Source of the DNA: an uncultured archaeon
GTDB lineage: Archaea; Iainarchaeota; Iainarchaeia; Iainarchaeales; JAAZKV01
DNA: 32,000 nucleotides
Assembly: GCA_964551375.1 (NCBI GenBank)
Contig: CAZKBG010000001.1
Span: 180,001-212,000 of the forward strand
Direction of reading: 5' to 3'
In this document: positions 7,810 through 16,162 of the stretch, piece by piece
How positions within the stretch are numbered: position 1 is the stretch's first letter
How the letters are laid out: every line of letters begins with the position of its first letter
Position numbers and translations under genes: made by a program
The notes under the pieces: model-generated
The model's database searches: none
Seen by the model: the letters and a program-made list of their open reading frames with translations, nothing else
Told to the model about the DNA's origin: nothing

Positions 7810-9548
7810 CTTGGAACGCTCATGCGTAGAGGCTTAAGAGAAATCTCATGCCCAAGCCTTAACTGTTCAAGGAAAGTATCAATATCAGCTTTAGCAGCGC
7901 AGGTTACAGAATCTGCTCCGCCGTAATAAACAATCAAATCACTTTCTTTAATTACGGCCCCGCATGAATAAACAATTCCGGGCTTAAATCCGTTATTTTC
8001 ATACTCCCTGTCAGGAATCATAATGGGCTTCATTGATTTATGCAGAACTTTTTCAGGATTCTTGAGGTCAAGAAGCATTGCGCCGAGCAAATATTTTCCA
8101 GGATACTGCTTTCCAAGCGCGTGATATAAAACAAGCCATCCGTCTTTAGTTTTAATTGGAGGAGGACCAATTCCCCTAATTCGCGTGTCCCAGGTTTTTT
8201 TATTTTCAGCAAAAGCATACTGGCTCTTAATGCAGGTCTTGTCGTCAAAATCAAGGCTCTCGCAATATTCAATTGCGATTTCAGGATTAATGCTGTGAAG
8301 AATTGCATATTTGCCCTTTACTTTTTCAGGAAAAATTGTCCAATTTTTATGCACTTCATTTGGAGGAGAAATAATTACGGGCTTTGTCCATTTCCATTTC
8401 TTATTTAAAAAATCATCAATCTTAATTGAAGAAGCGGCAACTTTGGGGTGCCCGTCAAATGCAGTGTAAAGCATGTAAAGCCTGTCCCCTATTTTTGTAA
8501 TTCTTGGATCCTCGCATCCCGCAAGACTGTATCCGCTTCTCCACTGACTTGAAACATCCCCTGGCTGTGCGGAGCACACATGAACATAAATCGGCTCCTT
8601 AAGCCTCTCAACAAGGTTTAGTCCATCCTCGCTTGAAGCGTACCCGAAAACGGAAACCATTTCTTTTCCTGTGGCGCGGTAAACAAAATGAATTTTACCG
8701 TCATGCTCAACCGCAGCGGCATTAAAAGTATATTCTGATTCCCACGGATTTTCAGCCCTTGGGGAAATAATAGGATTCTCCCTGTGCTTTTCAAGAACAG
8801 GAAAAGTCGGGCGGTGAGTGAACTTGCATCCTGAAAGCATAACTCCTTTTTTCGCATTCCAATACATGTTTAATTTATTGTTGAAATAAATCATTCCAAT
8901 AGGAGAAAGAACGCTTTTTTTTGCTTCAGGCTCCCACACAGGTACATCAGCGCGCCAAAGCATCCTTTCCGGATTATTAATGTCAAACAAAATCGCCCCC
9001 ACTGTGTACGCGCTTGCTTTTTTTGAATAATAAAATAAAACTATCCCGTCGCCTGTTACGCAGGCAGTTCCAACAATCAAATCCCCTGTGTCAAAATACT
9101 TTTTCCTTGGCTCAATTACTGTGTCAAGAGTTTTCCACTTTTTCAAATCCTTTGAAACAGCAATATTTATTTTCTTGTCCCCAAAATAAGAGATGTATTG
9201 TTTTTTTGATTCATCAAAAAGAATCACTGAAGTTTCTTTTAACTCAAATACACTCGCGCTCTCCCACTTAAGAAGGCTGGGAGTTTTAATAAAAAAAGAA
9301 TCAATTTTTCCTGCAATGTTTTTTGCCTTAAACGTGATTAAATAATCTTTTTTTATTTGAGATATTCTCAAATCTTTTGAATCAAGAGCAAGCTCTTTGA
9401 CTTTTTTTATATCAATTCTAAGCGGTTTTAAGCTCAAATCATCAGGCATATATCCTGATGCCGCAATTAATTCTGACTGAGATTTATAAATAAAATAATT
9501 GCGCGTTTCTGACGCGAAGAACCCTTTACCCTCAATAGACGAATTCAT
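7806..9548 (-). CDS. GH130-family protein with degenerate N-terminal module and conserved C-terminal module
   Basis: 580 aa. C-terminal part (about 7806-8820): YTFNAAAVEHDGKIHFVYRAT...GCEDPRITKIGDRLYMLYTAFDG...FPEKVKGKYAILHS...GWLVLYHALG...YYGGAD. N-terminal ~240 aa shows propeller-like repeats (e.g. GDGIVLFYYSKKASAYTVGAILFDINNPERMLW) but no GCEDPR. Confidence 0.83.
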   Translation of the reverse strand: MNSSIEGKGFFASETRNYFIYKSQSELIAASGYMPDDLSLKPLRIDIKKVKELALDSKDLRISQIKKDYLITFKAKNIAGKIDSFFIKTPSLLKWESASVFELKETSVILFDESKKQYISYFGDKKINIAVSKDLKKWKTLDTVIEPRKKYFDTGDLIVGTACVTGDGIVLFYYSKKASAYTVGAILFDINNPERMLWRADVPVWEPEAKKSVLSPIGMIYFNNKLNMYWNAKKGVMLSGCKFTHRPTFPVLEKHRENPIISPRAENPWESEYTFNAAAVEHDGKIHFVYRATGKEMVSVFGYASSEDGLNLVERLKEPIYVHVCSAQPGDVSSQWRSGYSLAGCEDPRITKIGDRLYMLYTAFDGHPKVAASSIKIDDFLNKKWKWTKPVIISPPNEVHKNWTIFPEKVKGKYAILHSINPEIAIEYCESLDFDDKTCIKSQYAFAENKKTWDTRIRGIGPPPIKTKDGWLVLYHALGKQYPGKYLLGAMLLDLKNPEKVLHKSMKPIMIPDREYENNGFKPGIVYSCGAVIKESDLIVYYGGADSVTCAAKADIDTFLEQLRLGHEISLKPLRMSVPR

Positions 9549-9695
9549 CTTACCAGACCGAAAAATTGAAAAATTACTAAAAGGATTAGTATTTACGGTT
9601 ATTTAAGCATTTTGTATTCAAATCAAAGTTCAAAAAATCCTTTATTTTAAAGAAAGCATTGTTTAAAAACGTGGAATGCATTAATTGTGCAGGTT

Positions 9696-11030
9696 ATGGA
9701 AAATAGCACAAAACTCCCAAGCGTGTTTAGGGAAAGCGATATCCGCGGAATTGTCGGCAGGCAAATTACTCCTGAATTTGCAAGAAAAATAGGAAATGCC
9801 GTTGCAAAAACTTTCAAATCAAACTATTATGTCCTTGGAAGGGATAAGCGCTCAACAAGCAGGGCTCTTTCAAGAGCTATTAGAAAAGGCCTTCTTGAGT
9901 CAGGCGCTAATGTTTATGACCTTGGAGAAACAATTTCTCCCCTTGCTTATTTTGCGGCAAGGCACTACAACTGCCCCGGAGTATTCATTACCGCTTCGCA
10001 CAATCCAAAAGAGTATAACGGATTCAAAATTATTGGAAGCGACGGGTTAACAAAAGGAATTAGAAACGGGCTTGACAAAGTGAAGAAAGAGTTTGATTTA
10101 AACCAGCCGTTAAAGAAAACAAAAGGGAAAATTATACGCCCAAATATATTCCATGATTACAAACTTAACGTGCTTCACTTTGATAGAGGAATAACTCCAG
10201 CAAAAATTGTTCTAAATAACGGAGGAAACACGTCAGGAAAATTGCTGAAAAAAATTCTTGAAGGAAAAAGAGTTAAAATTATTGAAATTAACCCAAAAAG
10301 AGGGTATATTTCAAACCCGCTTATTGATAAGGGAAAGGAAGTGAGCAGAAAAATACTTGCAAAGAAAGCGGATTTTGGAGTCGCTTTTGACTTTGACGGC
10401 GACAGAATATTCTTTTTTGACGAGAAAGGAAACAAGCTGGATAACTCATCAATTGCCGCGCTGATTGCAAACTTTTTGCTTGGTGAAAAGAAAAGCGGAA
10501 CGATTCTTTATGACGTTCGAAGCGACTGGATAATTAAGGACACTGTCAAAACATGCGGAGGAAAATCACTGATGGTTGAAGTAGGGCACACAAATGTAAA
10601 AGAAAAAATGAAAAAAAATGACGCTATTTACTGCGGCGAAATATCAGGGCACAATTACTTTAGAGAAAGCGGCTACACCGAATCTTCATTAATGCCCATT
10701 ATAATAATTTTAAGCATTATATCAACTGAAAAGAAAACCTTGTCTGAATTAATAAAACCATTTAGAAAAAATCATCTTCTTAATGAAACAAATTACACAG
10801 TGGATGACATTAATCAGACTATTAATGATGTTTCAAAACTAATCAAAGGCGGGAAAAGGAGCACGCTTGACGGATTAAGAGTGGATTTTAATGATTGGTG
10901 GTTCAGCATCAGAGGCTCAAAGAACGAGCCGCTGATTAGGCTTAATATGGGCGCAAAAAATAAAGAAGTTTTGGAAAAAAAGCTGGCGCTTATTGAATCA
11001 GCTGTAAAAAAACACTATTTGCGCCCGTAA
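9696..11030 (+). CDS. Phosphomannomutase/phosphoglucomutase (alpha-D-phosphohexomutase superfamily)
   Basis: ORF track starts at GTG 9687; in-frame ATG at 9696 fits a TATA-like box at 9662-9669. Motifs: ESDIRGIVG, FITASHNPKEYNG (phosphoserine loop), VAFDFDGDRIFFFDEKG (metal loop), CGEISGHNYFRE. Confidence 0.92.
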   Translation: MENSTKLPSVFRESDIRGIVGRQITPEFARKIGNAVAKTFKSNYYVLGRDKRSTSRALSRAIRKGLLESGANVYDLGETISPLAYFAARHYNCPGVFITASHNPKEYNGFKIIGSDGLTKGIRNGLDKVKKEFDLNQPLKKTKGKIIRPNIFHDYKLNVLHFDRGITPAKIVLNNGGNTSGKLLKKILEGKRVKIIEINPKRGYISNPLIDKGKEVSRKILAKKADFGVAFDFDGDRIFFFDEKGNKLDNSSIAALIANFLLGEKKSGTILYDVRSDWIIKDTVKTCGGKSLMVEVGHTNVKEKMKKNDAIYCGEISGHNYFRESGYTESSLMPIIIILSIISTEKKTLSELIKPFRKNHLLNETNYTVDDINQTINDVSKLIKGGKRSTLDGLRVDFNDWWFSIRGSKNEPLIRLNMGAKNKEVLEKKLALIESAVKKHYLRP

Positions 11031-11356
11031 TCATCAGAATATCTTACTTCATCATGCTCGTCAAATTTTCCAAAAGATATTTCCAAGAATAAAACTTTTT
11101 TCTTCTTTGCTCCAAGTCTGTGCTTTACTCCTTTTTTTATAAAAATGCTTTCACCGCTCTTTGCAAGCCACTTTTTTCCCCCAATTTCTGCAACCGCAGG
11201 GCCTTCAATTATTTTCCAAAACTCATCCCTCTTTTTGTGGCTTTGAAGACTAAGCTTTTGATTAGGATTGAGCGTAAGCGTTTTTACTGTGCACTGTTTA
11301 TTCAAACAGTATCTCTCAAAACGCCCCCATGGGCGGATAACTTTCTTAATTTCCAT
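11015..11356 (-). CDS. Cupin resembling the C-terminal domain of type II mannose-6-phosphate isomerase / GDP-mannose pyrophosphorylase
   Basis: Start revised from 11431 to ATG at 11356 (MEIKKVIRPWGRFERY). PWGRFE, LNPNQKLSLQSHKKRDEFWKIIEGPA, GESIFIKKGVKHRL. The 3' end overlaps the convergent phosphohexomutase gene by 16 nt. Confidence 0.82.
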   Translation of the reverse strand: MEIKKVIRPWGRFERYCLNKQCTVKTLTLNPNQKLSLQSHKKRDEFWKIIEGPAVAEIGGKKWLAKSGESIFIKKGVKHRLGAKKKKVLFLEISFGKFDEHDEVRYSDDYGRK

Positions 11357-11400
11357 GTGGTAAATAGGGAGTTTTGGAATAAAAAACTTCTCTAAAAAGA

Positions 11401-11409
11401 TATTTATAC
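11401..11409 (+). promoter_or_regulatory. Candidate TATA box for the PRPP/RuMP cluster (possibly leaderless transcript)
   Basis: TATTTATAC about 25 nt upstream of the prs ATG at 11430, the spacing expected for archaeal TATA-to-TSS. Confidence 0.4.
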
Positions 11410-11429
11410 AAGTTTCTCGTTGTTTTAGC

Positions 11430-12305
11430 ATGGATGCGCTCCTGATTGAGATAAATCACCACATTGGAAAGGAAGTTGCGCGCATTAGCGGGATTGAATA
11501 CCAGCAAATGGTTCTTGAGCCGTTTCCTGACAACGAATCATATATACGTTTCCCGTTTCCAGTAAAAGGAAGAAAAATATTTTTGCTTGCTGACATGGCA
11601 AAAAAGCCAAATGAAATGCTTTCAATACTTTTACTTGCAGCAAAAACACTGCGAAAATTAAAAGCAAAGAGAATTTACCTAATTGCGCCTTACATGGTTT
11701 ACTTAAGACAGGACCATGCATTCCATCCTGGAGAAGCGGTGTCAGGATTTATTGTATCAGATTTTGTAAGCAGCTTATTTGACGGAATAATAACAATTGA
11801 CCCTCATCTTCACAGAGTAGAATCAATGAGGGGATTTTTCAGATGCAAAACACAAAAGCTTACCGCGACAAAAAAGCTTTCTGAATACTTTTCAAAAAGA
11901 GATGCAGTGCTTGTGGGACCAGACGCTGAAAGCAAGCAGTGGATAAAAGCAATTGCAGAAAATTGCGGTAAAGAATTTGTTGTAGCAAGCAAAACAAGGC
12001 ACTCAAGCAGGCATGTTGAAGTGGAAATTAAGCGCGGAAATGTAATTCTTGAAGGAAAAACCGCAATAATAGTTGACGATATTATCAGCACAGGGCATAC
12101 TATACTTGAAGCTGCAAAAGCTTTGAAGAAAGAAAAAGTAAAAGGAATTGAATGCTATGCTGTGCACGGATTATTTATGGAAGGCGCTCTTGAGAAACTT
12201 AAAAAAAGCAGAATAAAAGTCGGCGCAACTAATACTCTCAAAAATCCTGTTGAAGTAATTGATATTGCTCCTGAAATTGCTGAAGGTGTTAAAGCGTGGC
12301 TGTAA
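11430..12305 (+). CDS. prs: Ribose-phosphate pyrophosphokinase (PRPP synthetase)
   Basis: 291 aa; PFPDNESYIRFP, YLRQDHAFHPGEAVS, TIDPHLHR, AIIVDDIISTGHTILEAA (PRPP loop). Confidence 0.93.
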   Translation: MDALLIEINHHIGKEVARISGIEYQQMVLEPFPDNESYIRFPFPVKGRKIFLLADMAKKPNEMLSILLLAAKTLRKLKAKRIYLIAPYMVYLRQDHAFHPGEAVSGFIVSDFVSSLFDGIITIDPHLHRVESMRGFFRCKTQKLTATKKLSEYFSKRDAVLVGPDAESKQWIKAIAENCGKEFVVASKTRHSSRHVEVEIKRGNVILEGKTAIIVDDIISTGHTILEAAKALKKEKVKGIECYAVHGLFMEGALEKLKKSRIKVGATNTLKNPVEVIDIAPEIAEGVKAWL

Positions 12306-13564
12306 ATCAAACTGAAAAAAAGAATGCAGCGCTAAAAGCATTAAGATTAATTCCCCAAAAAGGACTTGTGGGGTTAGGCTCAGGAACCACAGTGGATACT
12401 CTTGCAGGGCTGATAAATAAGGCAAACAAATCCGAATTCATTTGCATATCAAAGAATGCTAAAAAAATACTTCAAAAAAGAGGGTTGAAATTAATCGAAA
12501 AGGAAAATCCTGTTATTGCAATTGACGGGGCGGACAGCTTTGTAAAACAAAATGGAAGGTTAATTGCCATTAAAGGCGCGGGCGCATTTGATTTTACTAA
12601 TGAGAAAAAACTTGATTACTCTGCAAAAAAATTTGTTATAATTGCTGGAAAGAGTAAATTAGAAAATAAGGACCACACAGTATTTGTTGAAGTAACAAAA
12701 AAAGCGCTTAATACTGTCATTAAGCAGCTGAAAATTTCAGGGCTTTTGGTTAAAAAGGTTCCAAAATCAAACCCCCTATTAAAAGGAAAGAAAAATGTAT
12801 TTGTTCAAATTACTCCCAAAGCAGGAACAAATTTTTCAGAACTTGAACACATGCTTGATAACACCGCTGGCGTTATTGGAAATGGAATATTCTCAAAGAA
12901 AAGATTTGATTTAATAATTGGAAAAGAAGAGCCTTTTGTTGAGACAAGGCTTCAGGTTGCCCTTGATTTTGATGAAGAGTTCCCCGCGGTTCAAACAGCA
13001 AAACAGGTTAAGGATTATGTTGATATAATTGAAATAGGAACTCCGCTTGTAAAAGCGCTGAATGAAAAACATATTATAAAAAAACTTTCAAAATACAAGA
13101 AAAAATTATTTGTGGATCTAAAAACAATGGATGCGGGTTATTTTGAATCAAGCCCTGCTATAAAGCATGGGGGAGATTATGTTTCAGTTCTTGGAGTGGC
13201 ATCAGACGAAACAGTGAAAGGAGTGCTGAAAAACGGCGCCGATAGGGTTGTAGTGGATTTAATTGGATGCAAAGATGTTGCGCTTAGAATAAATCAGCTG
13301 AAAAAATTAGGCGCGGTTAATTTTGAAGTTCATGCGGCAATTGATGACCAGGCAAAAGGCAAAACACCGCTTGAAGAAGTTAGAAAAGCATCTCAAATCA
13401 AAGGAATTAATATTTGGGCAGCAGGCGGGATAGGATTATCTTCGCTTGATGCAGTAATGGAATACAGGCCAGCAGTAGTAGTTGTCGGAGGGGCAATAAC
13501 TCACTCAAAAGACAGAAAACAAGCTGCAAAAGATATAAAAGAAAGAATAGAAGAATTAAGTTGA
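12296..13564 (+). CDS. Bifunctional fusion: ribose-5-phosphate isomerase A (N-terminal) + 3-hexulose-6-phosphate synthase (C-terminal)
   Basis: GTG start, 10-nt overlap with prs. N-terminal ~212 aa: GLGSGTTVDTLAGLI, VIAIDGADSF, AIKGAGAFDFTNEK. C-terminal from about 12935: RLQVALDFDE, DIIEIGTPLVKALNE, KLFVDLKTMDAGYFE, VVDLIGCKD, FEVHAAIDDQAKGKTP, IWAAGGIG, VVVVGGAITHSKD. One continuous reading frame. Confidence 0.93.
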   Translation: MAVNQTEKKNAALKALRLIPQKGLVGLGSGTTVDTLAGLINKANKSEFICISKNAKKILQKRGLKLIEKENPVIAIDGADSFVKQNGRLIAIKGAGAFDFTNEKKLDYSAKKFVIIAGKSKLENKDHTVFVEVTKKALNTVIKQLKISGLLVKKVPKSNPLLKGKKNVFVQITPKAGTNFSELEHMLDNTAGVIGNGIFSKKRFDLIIGKEEPFVETRLQVALDFDEEFPAVQTAKQVKDYVDIIEIGTPLVKALNEKHIIKKLSKYKKKLFVDLKTMDAGYFESSPAIKHGGDYVSVLGVASDETVKGVLKNGADRVVVDLIGCKDVALRINQLKKLGAVNFEVHAAIDDQAKGKTPLEEVRKASQIKGINIWAAGGIGLSSLDAVMEYRPAVVVVGGAITHSKDRKQAAKDIKERIEELS

Positions 13565-13612
13565 AGTTAACATAACTTTGGATATTAAAATTAAGTTTGA
13601 AAGGTTGATTTT

Positions 13613-14158
13613 ATGAAATATATTTGGTATGAAGAAAAAATACTTTCAGAAATAGAATCCGTTCTAAAAAGCAATCCTGAAAAGAGCGAAAAGAATCTTG
13701 TGAAGGAAATAATTGACTCTAATTCAGTATTTGTTAGCGGTGCAGGGCGCTCTGGATTAATCGCAAAAACATTCGCAATGAGATTAATTCAGCTTGGCAT
13801 AACATGCCATGTCGTAGGCGAAACCACTACCCCAGCATTTACAAAAAAAGATTTACTAATATCCCTATCAGGCTCAGGAGAAACAAAAACAATTATAGAT
13901 ATTGCTTTTGAGGCAAAAGATAAAGGCGCAAGAACCGTTGCAATTACTTCAGAAGAAAAAGGAACCCTTGCAAAAATAAGCAGTTTAACGGTTGTGTTAA
14001 AATCAAAAACAAAAAAAGGCGGTACAAGCATCCAGCCCCTTGGAAGTTTATTTGAGCAGAGCGCATTTATCTTCTTTGAAGCGGCAGTGCTTGGAATAAT
14101 GAAAAAGAAAGGAATTACTGAAAAAGTAATGAAACAAAATCACTCGAACCTTGAATAG
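13613..14158 (+). CDS. hxlB: 6-phospho-3-hexuloisomerase (SIS domain)
   Basis: 181 aa; VFVSGAGRSGLIAKTFAMRLIQLG, VVGETTTPAFTKKDLLISLSGSGETKTII, PLGSLFEQSAFIFFEAAV. Confidence 0.92.
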   Translation: MKYIWYEEKILSEIESVLKSNPEKSEKNLVKEIIDSNSVFVSGAGRSGLIAKTFAMRLIQLGITCHVVGETTTPAFTKKDLLISLSGSGETKTIIDIAFEAKDKGARTVAITSEEKGTLAKISSLTVVLKSKTKKGGTSIQPLGSLFEQSAFIFFEAAVLGIMKKKGITEKVMKQNHSNLE

Positions 14159-14192
14159 TGCTCAAATCATAAATTACTTAACTATTAAATTA

Positions 14193-14951
14193 CTACATCT
14201 TAAATAAAAGCGAAGCCAAAAAAACTAATGAAAAAATAACCGGCTGGTGGATTAAATATATTGCAAGCGAGTTTCTGCCAAATAGTTCTATCTTTGAAAT
14301 AATAATTCGAACATATTTTCCTTTTGGTTGTTTTATTCTAATAACTGCTTTCTTATTTGAATAAATAAAATTTCCAAGCGAAATGCCGATTAGCACCGCT
14401 CCAAACCATGGAAATAAAGGCTCAAAATCAAGCGTTGGAAAAGGGGTTGAAAATCCCGCCCAAACCAGCCAATTGATTCCAATACTTTGCAAATTTATAA
14501 AATTTGGAACCACAATAAAAAATAGTCCAAGAATTAGCGGTATTATTTTATGTTTGGCAAATGGAATTGATAAAATAATTGAAACCGCAATCAAATGAAG
14601 TATCCCGAAGTAAATGAATTCGCTTGGAAATAAAATAAAAGTAACAAATGAAACCAAAAGCGCGGCTAAAAAAATAAATACTGCGCGCTTAGCAAAGTGA
14701 ATAGAGTACTTAGAGGCATACTTTTGAGCCCCATAAGCAAGCATTACTCCGACAAGAAGCAGAAATAATCCCGCAGTTGCGATTTGAAAATAACCCCAAA
14801 ATCCAGAATAAGGGTTTATTGAAATATACCCAAAATACTTTAAATCCCAAACAATGTGAAACACAATCATCATCAAAATGGCTAGCCCCCGGGCAAAATC
14901 AACTTCCCAAAATCTTGCAGAATTAGACTTTATAGTTATTTTAGTTTTCAT
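14193..14951 (-). CDS. DUF1624 / heparan-alpha-glucosaminide N-acetyltransferase-like multi-TM protein
   Basis: Start revised to ATG at 14951 (MKTKITIKSNSARFWEVDFARG). WEVDFARGLAILMMIVFHIVWDLKYFG signature plus several TM helices. Confidence 0.8.
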   Translation of the reverse strand: MKTKITIKSNSARFWEVDFARGLAILMMIVFHIVWDLKYFGYISINPYSGFWGYFQIATAGLFLLLVGVMLAYGAQKYASKYSIHFAKRAVFIFLAALLVSFVTFILFPSEFIYFGILHLIAVSIILSIPFAKHKIIPLILGLFFIVVPNFINLQSIGINWLVWAGFSTPFPTLDFEPLFPWFGAVLIGISLGNFIYSNKKAVIRIKQPKGKYVRIIISKIELFGRNSLAIYLIHQPVIFSLVFLASLLFKM

Positions 14952-15321
14952 TTGAAATCCTTTCACTCTCAACAATAATGCACAAATCATTTGTGAAAGA
15001 AAGCCCATTTCTTTTACAATAACTAATTACACTATCATCAAAACTCCCCGGCTGAAACCAAAAATGAACCTTTTTGTTTTTTACTGACTCAAGCACGCCA
15101 AGCGTAACTGCGGGAGGAATAACAAAAACCACAATATCAAGTTTTGCTTTAATATCATTTACATTTGCAAAGACTTTTTTTCCTAAAATCTCATTTTCCT
15201 TAGGATTCACCGGATAAATTTTATTAGTAATCTTTGAAATCGCGGCAATTACCTTATTTCCGTACTTTTCAGGATTATTAGAAGCGCCCACAATAGCAAT
15301 GCTTTTACCTTTTATTTCCAT
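14941..15321 (-). CDS. CoA-binding (Rossmann) domain protein
   Basis: 126 aa; IAIVGASNNPEKYGNKVIAAI...IYPVNPKENEILGKKVFANVNDI...LDIVVFVIPP, typical of YccU-like CoA-binding proteins. Confidence 0.82.
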   Translation of the reverse strand: MEIKGKSIAIVGASNNPEKYGNKVIAAISKITNKIYPVNPKENEILGKKVFANVNDIKAKLDIVVFVIPPAVTLGVLESVKNKKVHFWFQPGSFDDSVISYCKRNGLSFTNDLCIIVESERISNEN

Positions 15322-15382
15322 AATAACTCCTATCTAACTACTCAGTAAAGAGTTAAAAACGCTTTTTGTCAAGTGATTTAGT

Positions 15383-15868
15383 ATGCAAAAAAAGCTAATC
15401 CTGTTGTTTGACTCAATCAGAGACCCAAGAGACCTTGCTGAAATGATTTTATTAGGACTTGCGCTTGATGTAAAAATTGAACTCACAGGCTCCTCGCTTT
15501 CTCCGAATCACTTTAAAGTTTTAAGAATTGTAAACTCATGGATTCCAAGTTTTAAGGAAAAGCCAATGCTTGAAAATATTAAAATGAACGGCGACTTTTC
15601 AAAAAGAATTGCTGAGCTAAAAAAACAAGGGTACTCTATAATAGGCACTTCCCCAAATGCAAAAAAATCCTTATTCAAATCAGATTTATCTTCAGGAAAA
15701 CATGTAATTGTTTTTGGAACAGAAACATCAGGACTGAGCAAGGAAAAAATGGCTCTAATGGATGAAATGGTTTTAGTGCCAATGAAACCCCCAGCTTCTT
15801 TTTTCACAATCCGCGCAGTTGCACCTATTATTGCATATGAAACGATGAGACAGAAAAAGCTTTTTTAA
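15383..15868 (+). CDS. SPOUT/TrmH-like RNA methyltransferase-type protein
   Basis: 161 aa; DSIRDPRDLAEMILLGLALDV and C-terminal knot-like HVIVFGTETSGLSKEKMALMDEMVLVPMKPPASFFTIRAVAPIIAYE. Confidence 0.7.
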   Translation: MQKKLILLFDSIRDPRDLAEMILLGLALDVKIELTGSSLSPNHFKVLRIVNSWIPSFKEKPMLENIKMNGDFSKRIAELKKQGYSIIGTSPNAKKSLFKSDLSSGKHVIVFGTETSGLSKEKMALMDEMVLVPMKPPASFFTIRAVAPIIAYETMRQKKLF

Positions 15869-15990
15869 TTGCAATTTTTGGCCAAGCTATTTTGACTAAG
15901 TTATGCTAATTTTTTCTTTGAAATGGAAGGGTATTAAAACTCTAACAAAACTAATTTTTCTTAGCAAAGCCACTAAAATAAGGTAATATT

Positions 15991-16074
15991 GCGGAGGTGG
16001 CAGAGCGGTCTAATGCGCACGCCTGGAAAGCGTGTTCTCGAAAGGGAGCCCGAGTTCAAATCTCGGCCTCCGCG
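15991..16074 (+). tRNA. tRNA-Ser (anticodon GGA), type II
   Basis: Acceptor GCGGAGG/CCTCCGC with discriminator G; anticodon stem CACGC/GCGTG with loop CTGGAAA; long variable arm; T-arm CCGAG-TTCAAAT-CTCGG. No intron; CCA not encoded. Confidence 0.97.
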
Positions 16075-16162
16075 TAATAAAACAAGTTCAAATCCAATGT
16101 CCTTAACTCAAACAGATTATATTATATATCTCAAAAGGTTATTATTGGTAAAGGGTGTTGAA

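Noticed and set aside
9575-9591. 6-bp inverted repeat TACTAA-AAGGA-TTAGTA in the divergent GH130/phosphohexomutase promoter region
   Set aside because: Short AT-rich arms are expected by chance in this sequence; not strong enough to call an operator.
11120-11395. 91-aa plus-strand ORF
   Set aside because: Antisense to the mannose-6-P isomerase-like cupin, which has clear family motifs.
15989-16162. N-terminal 58 codons of the ORF 15989..16762
   Set aside because: They translate tRNA-Ser (15991-16074) and its spacer; the lipoprotein more plausibly starts at GTG 16163, directly before the signal peptide.
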